Part shown: positions 53,312 through 63,367 of the stretch, one piece after another | How positions within the stretch are numbered: the first letter of the stretch is position 1 | Layout: each line of letters starts with the position of its first letter | Notes under the pieces: model-generated | Told to the model about the DNA's origin: nothing | The model's input: the letters and a program-made list of their open reading frames with translations, nothing else | The model's database searches: none | Assembly: GCA_002811645.1 (NCBI GenBank) | Contig: PDIP01000003.1 | Location: forward strand, 186,001 to 250,000 | Length of the DNA stretch: 64,000 nucleotides | Direction: 5' to 3' | From: Corallochytrium limacisporum Hawaii | Lineage: Eukaryota > Protista > Pluriformea | Made by a program: the position numbers and the translations under genes

Positions 53312-54470
53312 GGTGATCTTTGTTTCTAATTCCACTGACTACCCTATACTACCTCTTGTTACATTGCACTAATTGTTATTTGTTCCTATCACTTCCGTCA
53401 AATCTCCATCGCAACACACTAAATCGTCCCAACATGAAGACGTGAGCAATTTCAAGTAGGTGCTATGAATTACCAGTTATTCACAGCAATCCACCAGCCC
53501 AAATATTCAAAACTGCCAGGTAAAAGTCACCATGGATGACACGACAGTCCCAACTGCAGCCTGACATTGCTAGCCGAACACCGCACTCCTCGTCTTTTCA
53601 TTGCCCTGGGACATAGACAGGAGTCGTGATCCGAACGCGGACCAAAAAATTTGTCCCCATCGGATTCGGCCCCCCCCCCCAGACCACGCAATTTCGAATG
53701 GTAGTTAACGAGCCGCAGGCAGAACGCAAAGGCACAACTCCGCGGAGAACCGACGTAAACCAAAACACTGCCAACGGGTGGGATCCCCACTGACAAAGAA
53801 GCTGACGTGAACCCCACCCCAAAGCCCCAAAGACTGCCAGCGCAAGCGCACACAACATAAACAAAACGACAGGATCTGAGCAGTACATTAGGTATGGGAC
53901 AGCTGCGTACAGGAACTTAAGTCGCAAAAATGGTCGCTCCTCCCCTTGGCTTTCCTTTTCTTCTCGAATTCTTTCTCTTTATTTTTGGCAACTGACAGTT
54001 CCTTAAGTGCCACACATGCCCAGTGTTCATTTTCTTGCCACTGCAATTACTTCTCCAGCGGGTTTGATTGGGGTTGGGACTTGCGGTCCCGGGTACCCTG
54101 CCCGTTGAAATACGTGAAATGGGGTTTGCTGGTGTAAACCCCCCCCCCCGCGGGGGGGGGCGGGGGAACTGGTCCCCTCGGGCCGGGAGGCCCGGTCCCC
54201 CTTCCCCTCGGAGGGGGGGGGTTGGTTTGGGACGATGATGAGATCCCGCTTTGCGCATATTCGGTGCAGGGGCGCAAGCCACATGAGTTATTGATCAGCT
54301 AGGTCGCAACTCTGATCGAAAATCAGCCAGAGTGGTCGGAGATGGTATGTGCGTGCATGTAAGGTGTATGCTATGCTATGTGTAATGTTACGTAGTCAAT
54401 GATGTTGAAATGAGAACGATGATGGACGATGCTGGGGATAACATTGGGCCCTCGTATCAGCGGCCCTCGA

Positions 54471-54947
54471 TTACGAGGACTGCCCTTCTCGAAGGCCTGC
54501 ACTGATGCCTTTGAGTTTGTCTGTTGTCCACCTCAGGGATTCTCCAGTGTTTCGGATGTGCGACTCAGCTTCATTGTAGTAGCTCTGGTGTTGGCCAATT
54601 TGTTCCCGAAGTGGGGTATCCTTGGACGTCACTGGCGCCTTTGACTCCAGGTTTTGAGTCGAGAATAGCTCCGCATCGTGGGCTACTACGTCTCCTATTG
54701 AAGAATTGATATTATCCATAGTCTTAGAAAATATTTCATCAAAGGATTGTAAAGCTTCCTTGAGGTTCGGCCCAGCCTCGTTTGTGGACGGGATATCTTG
54801 CGGTAGAGCCAACTCTGCTTGGCTTTGGACTTCCTTAATGCTTGCAGTGTAAATATCATTTACCGCCTTTTCAATCTGTGCAACAAGTTCTGTTAGAGTT
54901 GGTGCAGACGCGGCTGATCCAGCTGGTTTAGGATTTGTTTCACTCAT
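54471..54947 (-). CDS. Hypothetical three-helix protein (possible Mediator MED29-like)
   Basis: 158-aa ATG ORF divergent from PRP38, with three amphipathic helices separated by linkers. Confidence 0.6.
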   Translation of the reverse strand: MSETNPKPAGSAASAPTLTELVAQIEKAVNDIYTASIKEVQSQAELALPQDIPSTNEAGPNLKEALQSFDEIFSKTMDNINSSIGDVVAHDAELFSTQNLESKAPVTSKDTPLREQIGQHQSYYNEAESHIRNTGESLRWTTDKLKGISAGLREGQSS

Positions 54948-55405
54948 TGTTGCCACTTTATATAGCACGTCAATTCACATTCTTACTCTCGCCTGTTGAG
55001 GATTGCCCACGTTTCGCGGCTTTGAAAGGGTTTTCGAGGTCTAGGTGCTGTCCTATACTAGGAGGACTCAGTAAATTCTGCACATACTGCTTTCAAATAG
55101 CCGTAAGCCGGCTTTGTCCATTTAATGTGTTTTCATTTGTTGTGTCACTTCCTTCGCTGTCCCAGCCAACCGTCCCTCCCGTGCTCTTCGCGCCCCACAC
55201 TGAAGGGCGGGGAGGGCGGCCTTATTTTCGACGGTTTGGGGCCGGGAGAGGCTCGCCGATGAGGGGAAGGGTACTACAGCACCACCGCCTCCGTATGTCA
55301 CGGCTGTCTATCCTTTTCAACACAGGCTGCTGTATTTGACACAATGTAGGGAAATGTCGTTCGATACATGGGTCCAGGCCCTTTAGATTGGGTGCATTCT
55401 CACGC

Positions 55406-56260
55406 ATGCGGATTCCAGAACCCCCCGGGCGTGCCAGGGTGGCAATTAAGATTCCAGGTCGCCTGGAACCGGATAGGCAACGTAAAGCAGTACATGCAAT
55501 TGACCGGGTATTGAGACAGCGCATTCTTGTGTCGGTTTACTTCAAAGAAAAATGTTACGGTCTCAATGCAGCCACTCTTTGTGACCGTGCTGTCGAGCTG
55601 GATTGCTATGGCGGAGTATGGAATGCGACCGGCGCACCCACTGCGTTTCTATGCCTGCTGGAAAGATTAATTCAGCTGGAGCCGGAGCTCGGAATCATAG
55701 AAGAGTACATCCGTCAGGCTGAATTCAAATACTTGAGGATTCTCGGTGCGCTGTATCTGAGAATCGTGGGCACTCCAGTACAAGTGTTCACAGGCATTGA
55801 GCCCCTTCTACAAGACTGGAGGAAGGTGCGTTTCATAGAGCCCAATGGCAAATACGTGGTCACGTATATCGACCAGGTCGCGGATGATATCCTAAGGCTT
55901 TCGACGGTTGCGGGTACCACACTTCCACATTTAAAGAATCGGGTGGACATGGAACTGCAAGATGAGATCGATCCACGTGAATCAGAAATGATGGATCGGC
56001 TGGAAGATCTGGAAGACACTGACGAAGGCGCTACAGAGGCTATGGAGTTTGAGGATAAGCGGACACCTGAAGAGCTCAGTCCTGATCGTCGCAGGGGCGA
56101 TAAATCTGGTCCTGGTCCTCCGTATGATAAGGAAAAGCGTCAGACGGCTGCACAGTCGGTATCCAAGTACAAAGGAAATCGTTCCCTGCTCGGCCCACAG
56201 TCAATCGAAGACTGGAACAAGTTTCGTGCCAAATTGGGGCTCAAACCATTGCGGCCATAG
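55406..56260 (+). CDS. PRP38: Pre-mRNA splicing factor Prp38
   Basis: YFKEKCYGLNA, PTAFLCLL, FKYLRILGALYLRIVG, EPLLQDWRK, C-terminal SIEDWNKFRAKLGLKPL. Confidence 0.9.
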   Translation: MRIPEPPGRARVAIKIPGRLEPDRQRKAVHAIDRVLRQRILVSVYFKEKCYGLNAATLCDRAVELDCYGGVWNATGAPTAFLCLLERLIQLEPELGIIEEYIRQAEFKYLRILGALYLRIVGTPVQVFTGIEPLLQDWRKVRFIEPNGKYVVTYIDQVADDILRLSTVAGTTLPHLKNRVDMELQDEIDPRESEMMDRLEDLEDTDEGATEAMEFEDKRTPEELSPDRRRGDKSGPGPPYDKEKRQTAAQSVSKYKGNRSLLGPQSIEDWNKFRAKLGLKPLRP

Positions 56261-56359
56261 TCCTCTGTGATACCACCTCATAAAATATCGTTATGAAGCA
56301 TCCATGAAGAACAATTTGGGTTGTGGAGTGGAGTAGAAATTTCTCCCTTGCGCTGTCGC

Positions 56360-56454
56360 TTTGAACTCAACTTTGCAAAATCGGCCGGAGTCTAATTTTC
56401 CGTCCATGCTCATTTCAAAGGCCCTTCTAAACGCCCGTAGAATTTGGCGCGAAA
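56360..56454. promoter_or_regulatory. E2F (DHFR-type) site and two CHR-like hexamers upstream of the MT-A70 gene
   Basis: TTTGGCGCGAAA at 56443-56454; TTTGAA at 56360-56365; TTCAAA at 56414-56419. Confidence 0.5.
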
Positions 56455-56695
56455 AATTCCAACATAATTTCATCTCGGCAGCTCTACCTTGGGCCGCCCC
56501 TCTCCCATAGTGCCGTGCATTTTTTGCGAGCAAGACGACGTAGGACCTGAACACAGCAACGTCAAATACAGACAAACAGAAGACATGGCCACGATGGGTA
56601 TTCGGAACCTCGGGGCTATTTACATGTGTCTAAACGAATATTTCGCTATTAGAAAACTATCAGTGTCCTGCAGGGTTGTAGTGTTTCCACTTAAG

Positions 56696-57589
56696 ATGCC
56701 TGGAACAGTAGATGCGCCAAAGATCACTTTCTCGGACACAGAGTTCGAGGAAGAGTTCTACAGTCATGATTTTGGATACATTCAGGAACTGGACGGTTCC
56801 CAGCGTCAGAAATTAGCTGCTCAGACACAGGCTCAGACGAAAAAGTTGCGGAAGGAGATTAAGGACCTGGAACTGTATGTCAGAAATGCGGAAAAGGCAG
56901 CTGTGAAGAAGGGCTCCGAGGCTCCCGCTGAAACCCAACCTAGAGACAAACAGAGCACTGATGGCGGAGATGAAGATGACATGGTAACCACCACTTTCAC
57001 TCCTCCAAAATGGTGTGTGCCCATCAAGGCGAATGTTATCGACTTCGACTTCAAAGCATTGGGCCAGGAAGTTCAGTTTGACGTTATCATGATGGATCCT
57101 CCGTGGCAATTGGCCACCGCGGCTCCGACCCGTGGCATTGCACTTGGATATTCACAGTTGAACGACGAGGCCCTACAGAGATGCCTTGAGCTGGAGCATG
57201 TTCAGTCAGATGGATTCATTTTCATTTGGGTCATCAACAATCGCTTTGCAAAGGCCATCGAGATGATGGAGAAGTGGGGTTACGAGTTCATTGACACCAT
57301 AGATTGGGTCAAGCAAACTGTGAATCGACGATTAGCAAAGTGCCATGGATTCTACCTTCAGCACGCCAAAGAGACCTGCCTAGTCGGTCGAAAGGGCAAC
57401 CCGCCCCAGGGCTGGCACCGGTCGGCAGGTTCGGATATCATTTGGAGCGAACGCCGGGGTAACAGTCAGAAGCCTGACGAAATCTACGAATTGATTGAAC
57501 AGCTGGTGCCCAATGGCAAGTACCTGGAGATCTTCGGGCGCCGGAACAATTTGCGGGACTTCTGGGTTACCATCGGCAACGAGTTGTAA
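56696..57589 (+). CDS. AMT1: MT-A70 N6-adenine methyltransferase, AMT1/MTA1 (DNA 6mA) clade
   Basis: DPPWQLATAAPTRGIALGY, FIWVIN, HGFYLQHAKETCLVG, SQKPDEIYELIEQLVPNGKYLEIFGRRNNL..WVTIGNEL. These differ from the METTL3 motifs (DPPWDIHM, TGHWLNHGKEH). Start could be 56585. Confidence 0.85.
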   Translation: MPGTVDAPKITFSDTEFEEEFYSHDFGYIQELDGSQRQKLAAQTQAQTKKLRKEIKDLELYVRNAEKAAVKKGSEAPAETQPRDKQSTDGGDEDDMVTTTFTPPKWCVPIKANVIDFDFKALGQEVQFDVIMMDPPWQLATAAPTRGIALGYSQLNDEALQRCLELEHVQSDGFIFIWVINNRFAKAIEMMEKWGYEFIDTIDWVKQTVNRRLAKCHGFYLQHAKETCLVGRKGNPPQGWHRSAGSDIIWSERRGNSQKPDEIYELIEQLVPNGKYLEIFGRRNNLRDFWVTIGNEL

Positions 57590-57628
57590 ACGATAGCATG
57601 AGATAAATATGTCAGAAAATCAAACACT

Positions 57629-59290
57629 TTACTTCTTTAACACATCATTGCCGATAAGGCTGCCGTTGAGAGATTGCAGTGGCTCGCTGTAGTACCAAAT
57701 GCGAACAGTATGGTCGTCTGAGCATGTCGCCATCATTCCTCTCGTAGGACACGCGGCTGCTTGATAAGTTGTTCCGCGATGCCCTTTCAGTCTCTGAATC
57801 ACGTTTCCGGACTCCTGATCCCAGATATAGACAACTCCATCCTCAGATCCGGAAGTAATGCAACCCGCGGTGGGGCCAAATCGTGCGCGGATGAAGTTTT
57901 TCGACGAATTCTGATGACCTCGGAAGCGTCGCAATTGTCGCATCATTCGCAGATCCCAAAGCCGGTTGGAATTATCCTTTGTGCTCAGCAAGAGCTTCTG
58001 TCCACTCGGATCCATGTCCATGCCTGTCACTTCAGTGAGATTCTGAGCGATAGTACGAATGTTCAAGCCGCTTCCGATGTCCCAGAATCGGACACTCGCG
58101 TCTTTCGAGGCGGTGATGACGAGGTTACCAAGAGGGTTTGAGACGACCTCGGTGACCGACAGGGAATGGCCTGCAAATGTTTGCACAGTTTCCCTTGTTT
58201 CGACGTCGATAAGTGATGACATCTTATTGTACCCACAGGATAAGATGTGACGATTGCCTGGGTGGTATCGCACATTGTACACATCCCCATCTTGCTGGGT
58301 AATTAAAGTGCTGTCGACCCGTCCGTCTTCCAGATCGTGTAAGTTCCAATGAAGAATGCTACCATCGGCTGAGCCTGTGACCAAGTTCGTGCCCGTTGAA
58401 TTTGAGTTCACAGACCACACTCGAGAACGATGGCCCGGCAGATCTGTATGATTTGCAGGGTCGTCAACACTCCAGATCTTGACAGTGGCATCGCTAGATC
58501 CGCTAGCAAGGTAGCGCCCATTCTCTCCCAAAAACGCAATCGTTTTCACATTTGCGGTGTGTCCCTTGCAGATAGCCTTGCACACATTTGGTAGGACAGG
58601 AGCAAGGTAGTCTCGCAAAGTGGAATTATGCATGGGTATGTGAGTCGGCTGGTAGTCGTTACGGAGCACCTGGTATGCCACTGCCTGCTTGATCAACTTT
58701 TTCAGTCTTCCCCGCTCAATTTCTCCGCTGCCTAAGTCAGAGATATCCTCCCCTTCAAGTAGCTTTTCAAAATGCATCGCGAGCTTCGCCCTTTCAGCTT
58801 GCGCACCTCTCCAGTCCCGGAATTCCGGAGAGTCATGCAAGTTCTTGCATGCCAACAAGTAACAAAGATCATGAAACTGCTTTGCCGGGCAAACACTTTC
58901 CAACGGTTTGAGTTTCTTATTCAGAAATAGCAGACTTTTCTGATATTCCGATGCCTCTATGTTTTCTAAGTATTGTTGCCGATAGATGGCAAACAAAAAT
59001 GCCTTATTGGCTGCTAATGGCAAGCTCTTGATCAAGTTTTCTGCTTCTTCCCATTGCCCATCAAGAATGGCCCGTCTCAGCCGTTTGGTTCTGTTAACTG
59101 CAGCGAATTGGTCCTCGGCCTTGACAGCAGCCTCGTCTTCCAAGACTAAACATGACTGTTGATAACCTTCTTCTCGCAAATATTGAAGAATAGTGCGAAC
59201 CATCTGGTATTTTACATTTGGTTCGTCCATATCAATTGTCTCATCGAGGTTGAGATCGTGAAGCCGATTCTCTGGCCCCTTGTACTCCAT
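57629..59290 (-). CDS. LisH-CTLH-WD40 repeat protein (WDR26/GID7/SMU1-like architecture)
   Basis: LisH (ILQYLREEGY), CTLH (LRRAILDGQWEEA, RQQYLE), RLKKLIKQAVAYQ, seven GH...WD repeats. Confidence 0.88.
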   Translation of the reverse strand: MEYKGPENRLHDLNLDETIDMDEPNVKYQMVRTILQYLREEGYQQSCLVLEDEAAVKAEDQFAAVNRTKRLRRAILDGQWEEAENLIKSLPLAANKAFLFAIYRQQYLENIEASEYQKSLLFLNKKLKPLESVCPAKQFHDLCYLLACKNLHDSPEFRDWRGAQAERAKLAMHFEKLLEGEDISDLGSGEIERGRLKKLIKQAVAYQVLRNDYQPTHIPMHNSTLRDYLAPVLPNVCKAICKGHTANVKTIAFLGENGRYLASGSSDATVKIWSVDDPANHTDLPGHRSRVWSVNSNSTGTNLVTGSADGSILHWNLHDLEDGRVDSTLITQQDGDVYNVRYHPGNRHILSCGYNKMSSLIDVETRETVQTFAGHSLSVTEVVSNPLGNLVITASKDASVRFWDIGSGLNIRTIAQNLTEVTGMDMDPSGQKLLLSTKDNSNRLWDLRMMRQLRRFRGHQNSSKNFIRARFGPTAGCITSGSEDGVVYIWDQESGNVIQRLKGHRGTTYQAAACPTRGMMATCSDDHTVRIWYYSEPLQSLNGSLIGNDVLKK

Positions 59291-60078
59291 TGTGGAAGCC
59301 GAGATCGACGATACGCTGTCAAATTTAAACTATATCATGCCCATGGTATACACACTCTCACCATAAAGGTAACTGTACCTGTCCACGAACTGTCATGTTT
59401 TCAGACCGCTACGCGCCAAAAGTACCCACACACTCCAAACATTTCACGGCACAAGCCCTTTTTCGACCTCCCTGCAAAGTTATAAACTCGTTGCCTTCAT
59501 TACCACAGCAAGTGGTCGCCTTCCTTGACAGTACTCCATGCAACGAGGTCCTAACACACAGGGCTCAGTTTGGGAAGCCCGCAAGAATGTCTTCCTAGAT
59601 AGAGAGAGCACAATTGTCCCGGAGAGGGCGGACTTACAGTAGGACGGACTGTGAACTTTACCTTGCCCAACATCCCCCCCCCCTTTAGCGGCCCAGAAGT
59701 ATCTGGTTGGGGTTAGGGTGTGTCGTGACCTGCTGTTGAAATCCCCTGGCAGTACCGGTTTCAGGGTACCAGTGTCCGTTGACGAGTGTCCTTTCACTAT
59801 ATTGTGGGGGGAGCCTTTCTAGTTGTACACACCCCTGTTTGTGAGTGTACGACGAGCCCCAGGGGCCAGGACACGCGTGAGTGCACACAAGAAGTCCTGC
59901 TCACGACAATGAAAATGACTATTTGAAGAATCGTAGTGGCGAAACGAGACTTGTGAAAGCTCTTGGTTTCGTGTGAGCCTCATAGCAGGTAACATATGGG
60001 AGTATCCAGGTTTTTAATTTGAAAACATGAAGAGTTGTTGGCGTGGAACCGCCAGATAAGCTCATTGGCGTTTTTAAA

Positions 60079-62442
60079 ATGGAACCTCCTAATTATCTGA
60101 GATCGAATGGGACGAGCAATGGAACAAGAAATGGTGCAAAAACGAATGGGATTGGAGGTGCTCCCACGCATGATGGCATTGATCTTGAAGGTTATCGCGC
60201 AAGTTTAGAGACCTCCCAGCTCTTGCCAGAGTCGAAAGTAACGCGACGTGACGAAACTAAACAGCCTCTGTCAGAACGAGGTCCACAAGGACGTAAACGA
60301 AGCACTCAGCGTTTTTATCTCCTTGCCATAATCTTAGCAGCGTCATTATGTACCCGCTTATACCACATTGCTCATCCATCTCGTGTTGTCTTTGATGAGG
60401 TGCACTTTGGAAAGTTTGCAGCATTCTACATCAGAAACGCATATTTCTTCGATGTTCATCCACCTTTGGCAAAGATGATGATTGCAGCCAATGCCTGGAT
60501 GAATGGCTTCGATGGCGACTTTTTGTTCACGCAGATTAATAGGGTCTACAAAGACACTGGGGCGCCCTACGTGCAAATGCGCATATTCGGGGCAGCGTTT
60601 GGCATTATCTTGCCTCCATTGGCGTTTCTTACAGCAGAAACCATGGGCCTTTCTGTTCATGGAGCAACACTGGCCGCGGCTATGGTCCTTTTGGATGACG
60701 CACTTGTGGGACAGAGCAGACTGATCTTCCTGGACAGCTTCCTTCTGGCCTTCACATGCATCGCATTCTATTGTGAAGCGAAATTTTATGAAGCAGAGAA
60801 GAGACGAGAGTTCTCCGGTGCGTGGCTTGGATGGCTTCTGGCGACGGGCATTTTCCTTGGGCTGTCATTGAGTGTCAAGTGGGTCGGCCTATTCATTATC
60901 GCTTATGTGGGATATCGAGTTGTGTATGATCTTGCAATCAAGCTCCACTACGTCCTCATATTGAAGAGGGAGAAATTGGACTGGTTCTTTATCCATTTTG
61001 CAGCTCGTGCAAATTGCTTGATTTTGATTCCACTGTGCTTGTATGCATTTACCTTCTACATTCACTTCAATATTCTTACGGAACCTGGCCCAGGGATTGT
61101 ATTTCACGATGAGAGCGATCAACTGCGACTGAAGGCAAATGTTCCCTGGGGTCCAGACATTATTGATGAAGGATCGGAAATTATGTTGGTCACACGGGCA
61201 AGCCGATGGGCCCTACTGCATTCGCACCCGTTTGTTTTAGAGAAAAAGAGACATCCCGTCACTGCCATGCAGCTCATGGATGAAAGGAATTGGTGGTCTA
61301 TTGAAGTCATCGGAAATGATGTTGTACCCGGACAAGATATCATGGATCAGGATCTAGTGAGAATCAAGCACGTAGAAACGGGCCTTTATGTCAAGGTTGA
61401 CAAGGAGATCAAAGCACCGATGACGAAGGACACTTTTATGGTCTTTCTGGGGGCATACCAGACTGATGAAAGTGATCACATTTTTAGACTGTTTTTTGAG
61501 AAGCCTCAAGACGAGATAATTGTGGGGAACGAGGATGATGAGGATCTGGATGACGTGAAAAGTACAGTCCCTATGACCCAGTTGAGCACCATATTTTACA
61601 TCCAGCATGTAACCACTGGATGTGACCTGGCGGTGGTGCGCGATAATCAGGTCAAGGGAGACGGTCTTAGGGAAATGGAAGTCGTGTGCACCGATCCAGA
61701 TGTGGCAACGAAGAGGAAGATTAAGAACAAGCAAAAAGAATGGACCGTGCAGGGGCATCGCAACAGCATCCGCAAGGAACCAACGGAAATCACGTTCCCA
61801 GAAAAGAAGCATTGGCTGAAGAGGTTCTACGAGATACAAATTATTATGTGGCAAGCAAACAGTCGTATCACTCGTGGGCATCCTTACCGATCTGAACCTT
61901 GGCAATGGATGCCTCTACTCCTCGGTGTCGGATACTGGGTCCAACGTCCCAAGGGGCAACAGATCTTCTTGTTTGGGAATCCCCTGATTTGGTGGACGGC
62001 CCTGGCATTCGTAATCTTGTGGTTCATGCTCGTGACTGTACAGCTGATTCGGGTACGTTCTATCTCTGCCAGGGCTCTCAGTCGGGGACAGAATGCGCTG
62101 GATTCAAATCTGCTGCTGGCTGGCGGATCAGCTCTGTTTGCATGGTTGCTGCACTATTTCCCATTCTATCTTATGGGTAGACAGCTCTTTCTGCACCACT
62201 ACCTGCCTGCATTCTATTTCTCTTTGCTGAATGCAGCTGCGGTGTTCGACATCCTTCTCAAGATGGTCCACTACAGTCGGGCGCGAACGCTAGTGACGGG
62301 GTTGATTATCTTAGTCTATGGTTGGGCGTTTGTGCAGTTTTCGCCTCTGGCTTACGGCACCACCTGCGTTGCTGATTGCCTTGAGAACATCCGCTGGCTT
62401 CCCAGCTGGAACTGGTACGAAATCAAAGAGGTGAAAGCGTAA
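60079..62442 (+). CDS. PMT: Dolichyl-phosphate-mannose:protein O-mannosyltransferase
   Basis: VVFDEVHFGKF, FFDVHPPLAK, SVKWVGLF, MIR region (LHSH, VRIKHVETG), HPYRSEPWQW, GNPLIWW, RQLFLHHYLPA. Confidence 0.95.
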   Translation: MEPPNYLRSNGTSNGTRNGAKTNGIGGAPTHDGIDLEGYRASLETSQLLPESKVTRRDETKQPLSERGPQGRKRSTQRFYLLAIILAASLCTRLYHIAHPSRVVFDEVHFGKFAAFYIRNAYFFDVHPPLAKMMIAANAWMNGFDGDFLFTQINRVYKDTGAPYVQMRIFGAAFGIILPPLAFLTAETMGLSVHGATLAAAMVLLDDALVGQSRLIFLDSFLLAFTCIAFYCEAKFYEAEKRREFSGAWLGWLLATGIFLGLSLSVKWVGLFIIAYVGYRVVYDLAIKLHYVLILKREKLDWFFIHFAARANCLILIPLCLYAFTFYIHFNILTEPGPGIVFHDESDQLRLKANVPWGPDIIDEGSEIMLVTRASRWALLHSHPFVLEKKRHPVTAMQLMDERNWWSIEVIGNDVVPGQDIMDQDLVRIKHVETGLYVKVDKEIKAPMTKDTFMVFLGAYQTDESDHIFRLFFEKPQDEIIVGNEDDEDLDDVKSTVPMTQLSTIFYIQHVTTGCDLAVVRDNQVKGDGLREMEVVCTDPDVATKRKIKNKQKEWTVQGHRNSIRKEPTEITFPEKKHWLKRFYEIQIIMWQANSRITRGHPYRSEPWQWMPLLLGVGYWVQRPKGQQIFLFGNPLIWWTALAFVILWFMLVTVQLIRVRSISARALSRGQNALDSNLLLAGGSALFAWLLHYFPFYLMGRQLFLHHYLPAFYFSLLNAAAVFDILLKMVHYSRARTLVTGLIILVYGWAFVQFSPLAYGTTCVADCLENIRWLPSWNWYEIKEVKA

Positions 62443-62787
62443 ACAGCGCGAATTACGAATTTTCAGGATGCATGAATTCACAGCCCTTAGCATCAGTACC
62501 CTTGTAACGCATTACAATCATATCACGGGGTTAGTTGACATAGACCAACGACACACCTTTCACCGTCCGAACTGAGACCTTTCGGCCACAACCGAGATAA
62601 TACTTGTATCATAGTAAGGCCAGGGAAGCAGGCGCGACCTCTGATTGGCCCTCAGACTCAGAACGAAGATTCCCTAAACGTAGAATATGCTTATACGCAC
62701 ATATAAAATAGGCCCCCGATTATTCTCGGAATCCGGTAGTAAATGTATAGCGGCCCCCTGTACCCTCTTCTGGGTGCCGGGGAAGGT

Positions 62788-62803
62788 CCCCCGGGGGGGG
62801 GGG
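62788..62803. promoter_or_regulatory. C5-G11 tract upstream of the membrane-protein gene
   Basis: Same promoter-associated homopolymer pattern as elsewhere in the window. Confidence 0.45.
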
Positions 62804-63367
62804 CGCCTCGATGGACGGGGGACCCTGGCTGAAATCACTGTCGAGGGATCTGCCACTTACATTCGCTACCGTTGCCAGGGGGAAAGCCCCTCTAGTAGCC
62901 TCCCCAAGAAAGGGAGGGACTCCGTCATTGATTGCCAACGACACCCCGAGTAAATCAAGTCGCTGAGGAGACGCGGTAATTTAGTATACAAAATGGTGTC
63001 GTCTCTGGCGCTGCCTACCCGTACAACGGTGGGTTCCAAGGGAAATCGGCGTGGAAGGAAACGGGGAAGACTCCGGAGTCTTTGGCCACCGTAAAGAAGA
63101 TCACATCCCTTTGTGCTGTGACAAACGACCTACAGAGTATCCATATATTATCTAACGTAGTCACCACGATGGTTCTCAACTGCTGTGGCTTCGGCGAAAT
63201 ATAGAGTATCATATCGTTGCGAGGGTATAAAGAGCGAGACGTTAAAATGGCAGCACCACATGCAACCAAAGGAAGAGAGCATAGCATATGATCGCACGGG
63301 CTTTGTGATCGAAATATTTGTTCCACGGGTGATAGGCTACTCTACGGGACTCAAAAGTGTATTCATC

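Noticed and set aside
59705-59722. CCCTAACCC on the minus strand as a telomerase template
   Set aside because: Only 9 nt, in GC-rich promoter DNA, with no supporting structure seen.
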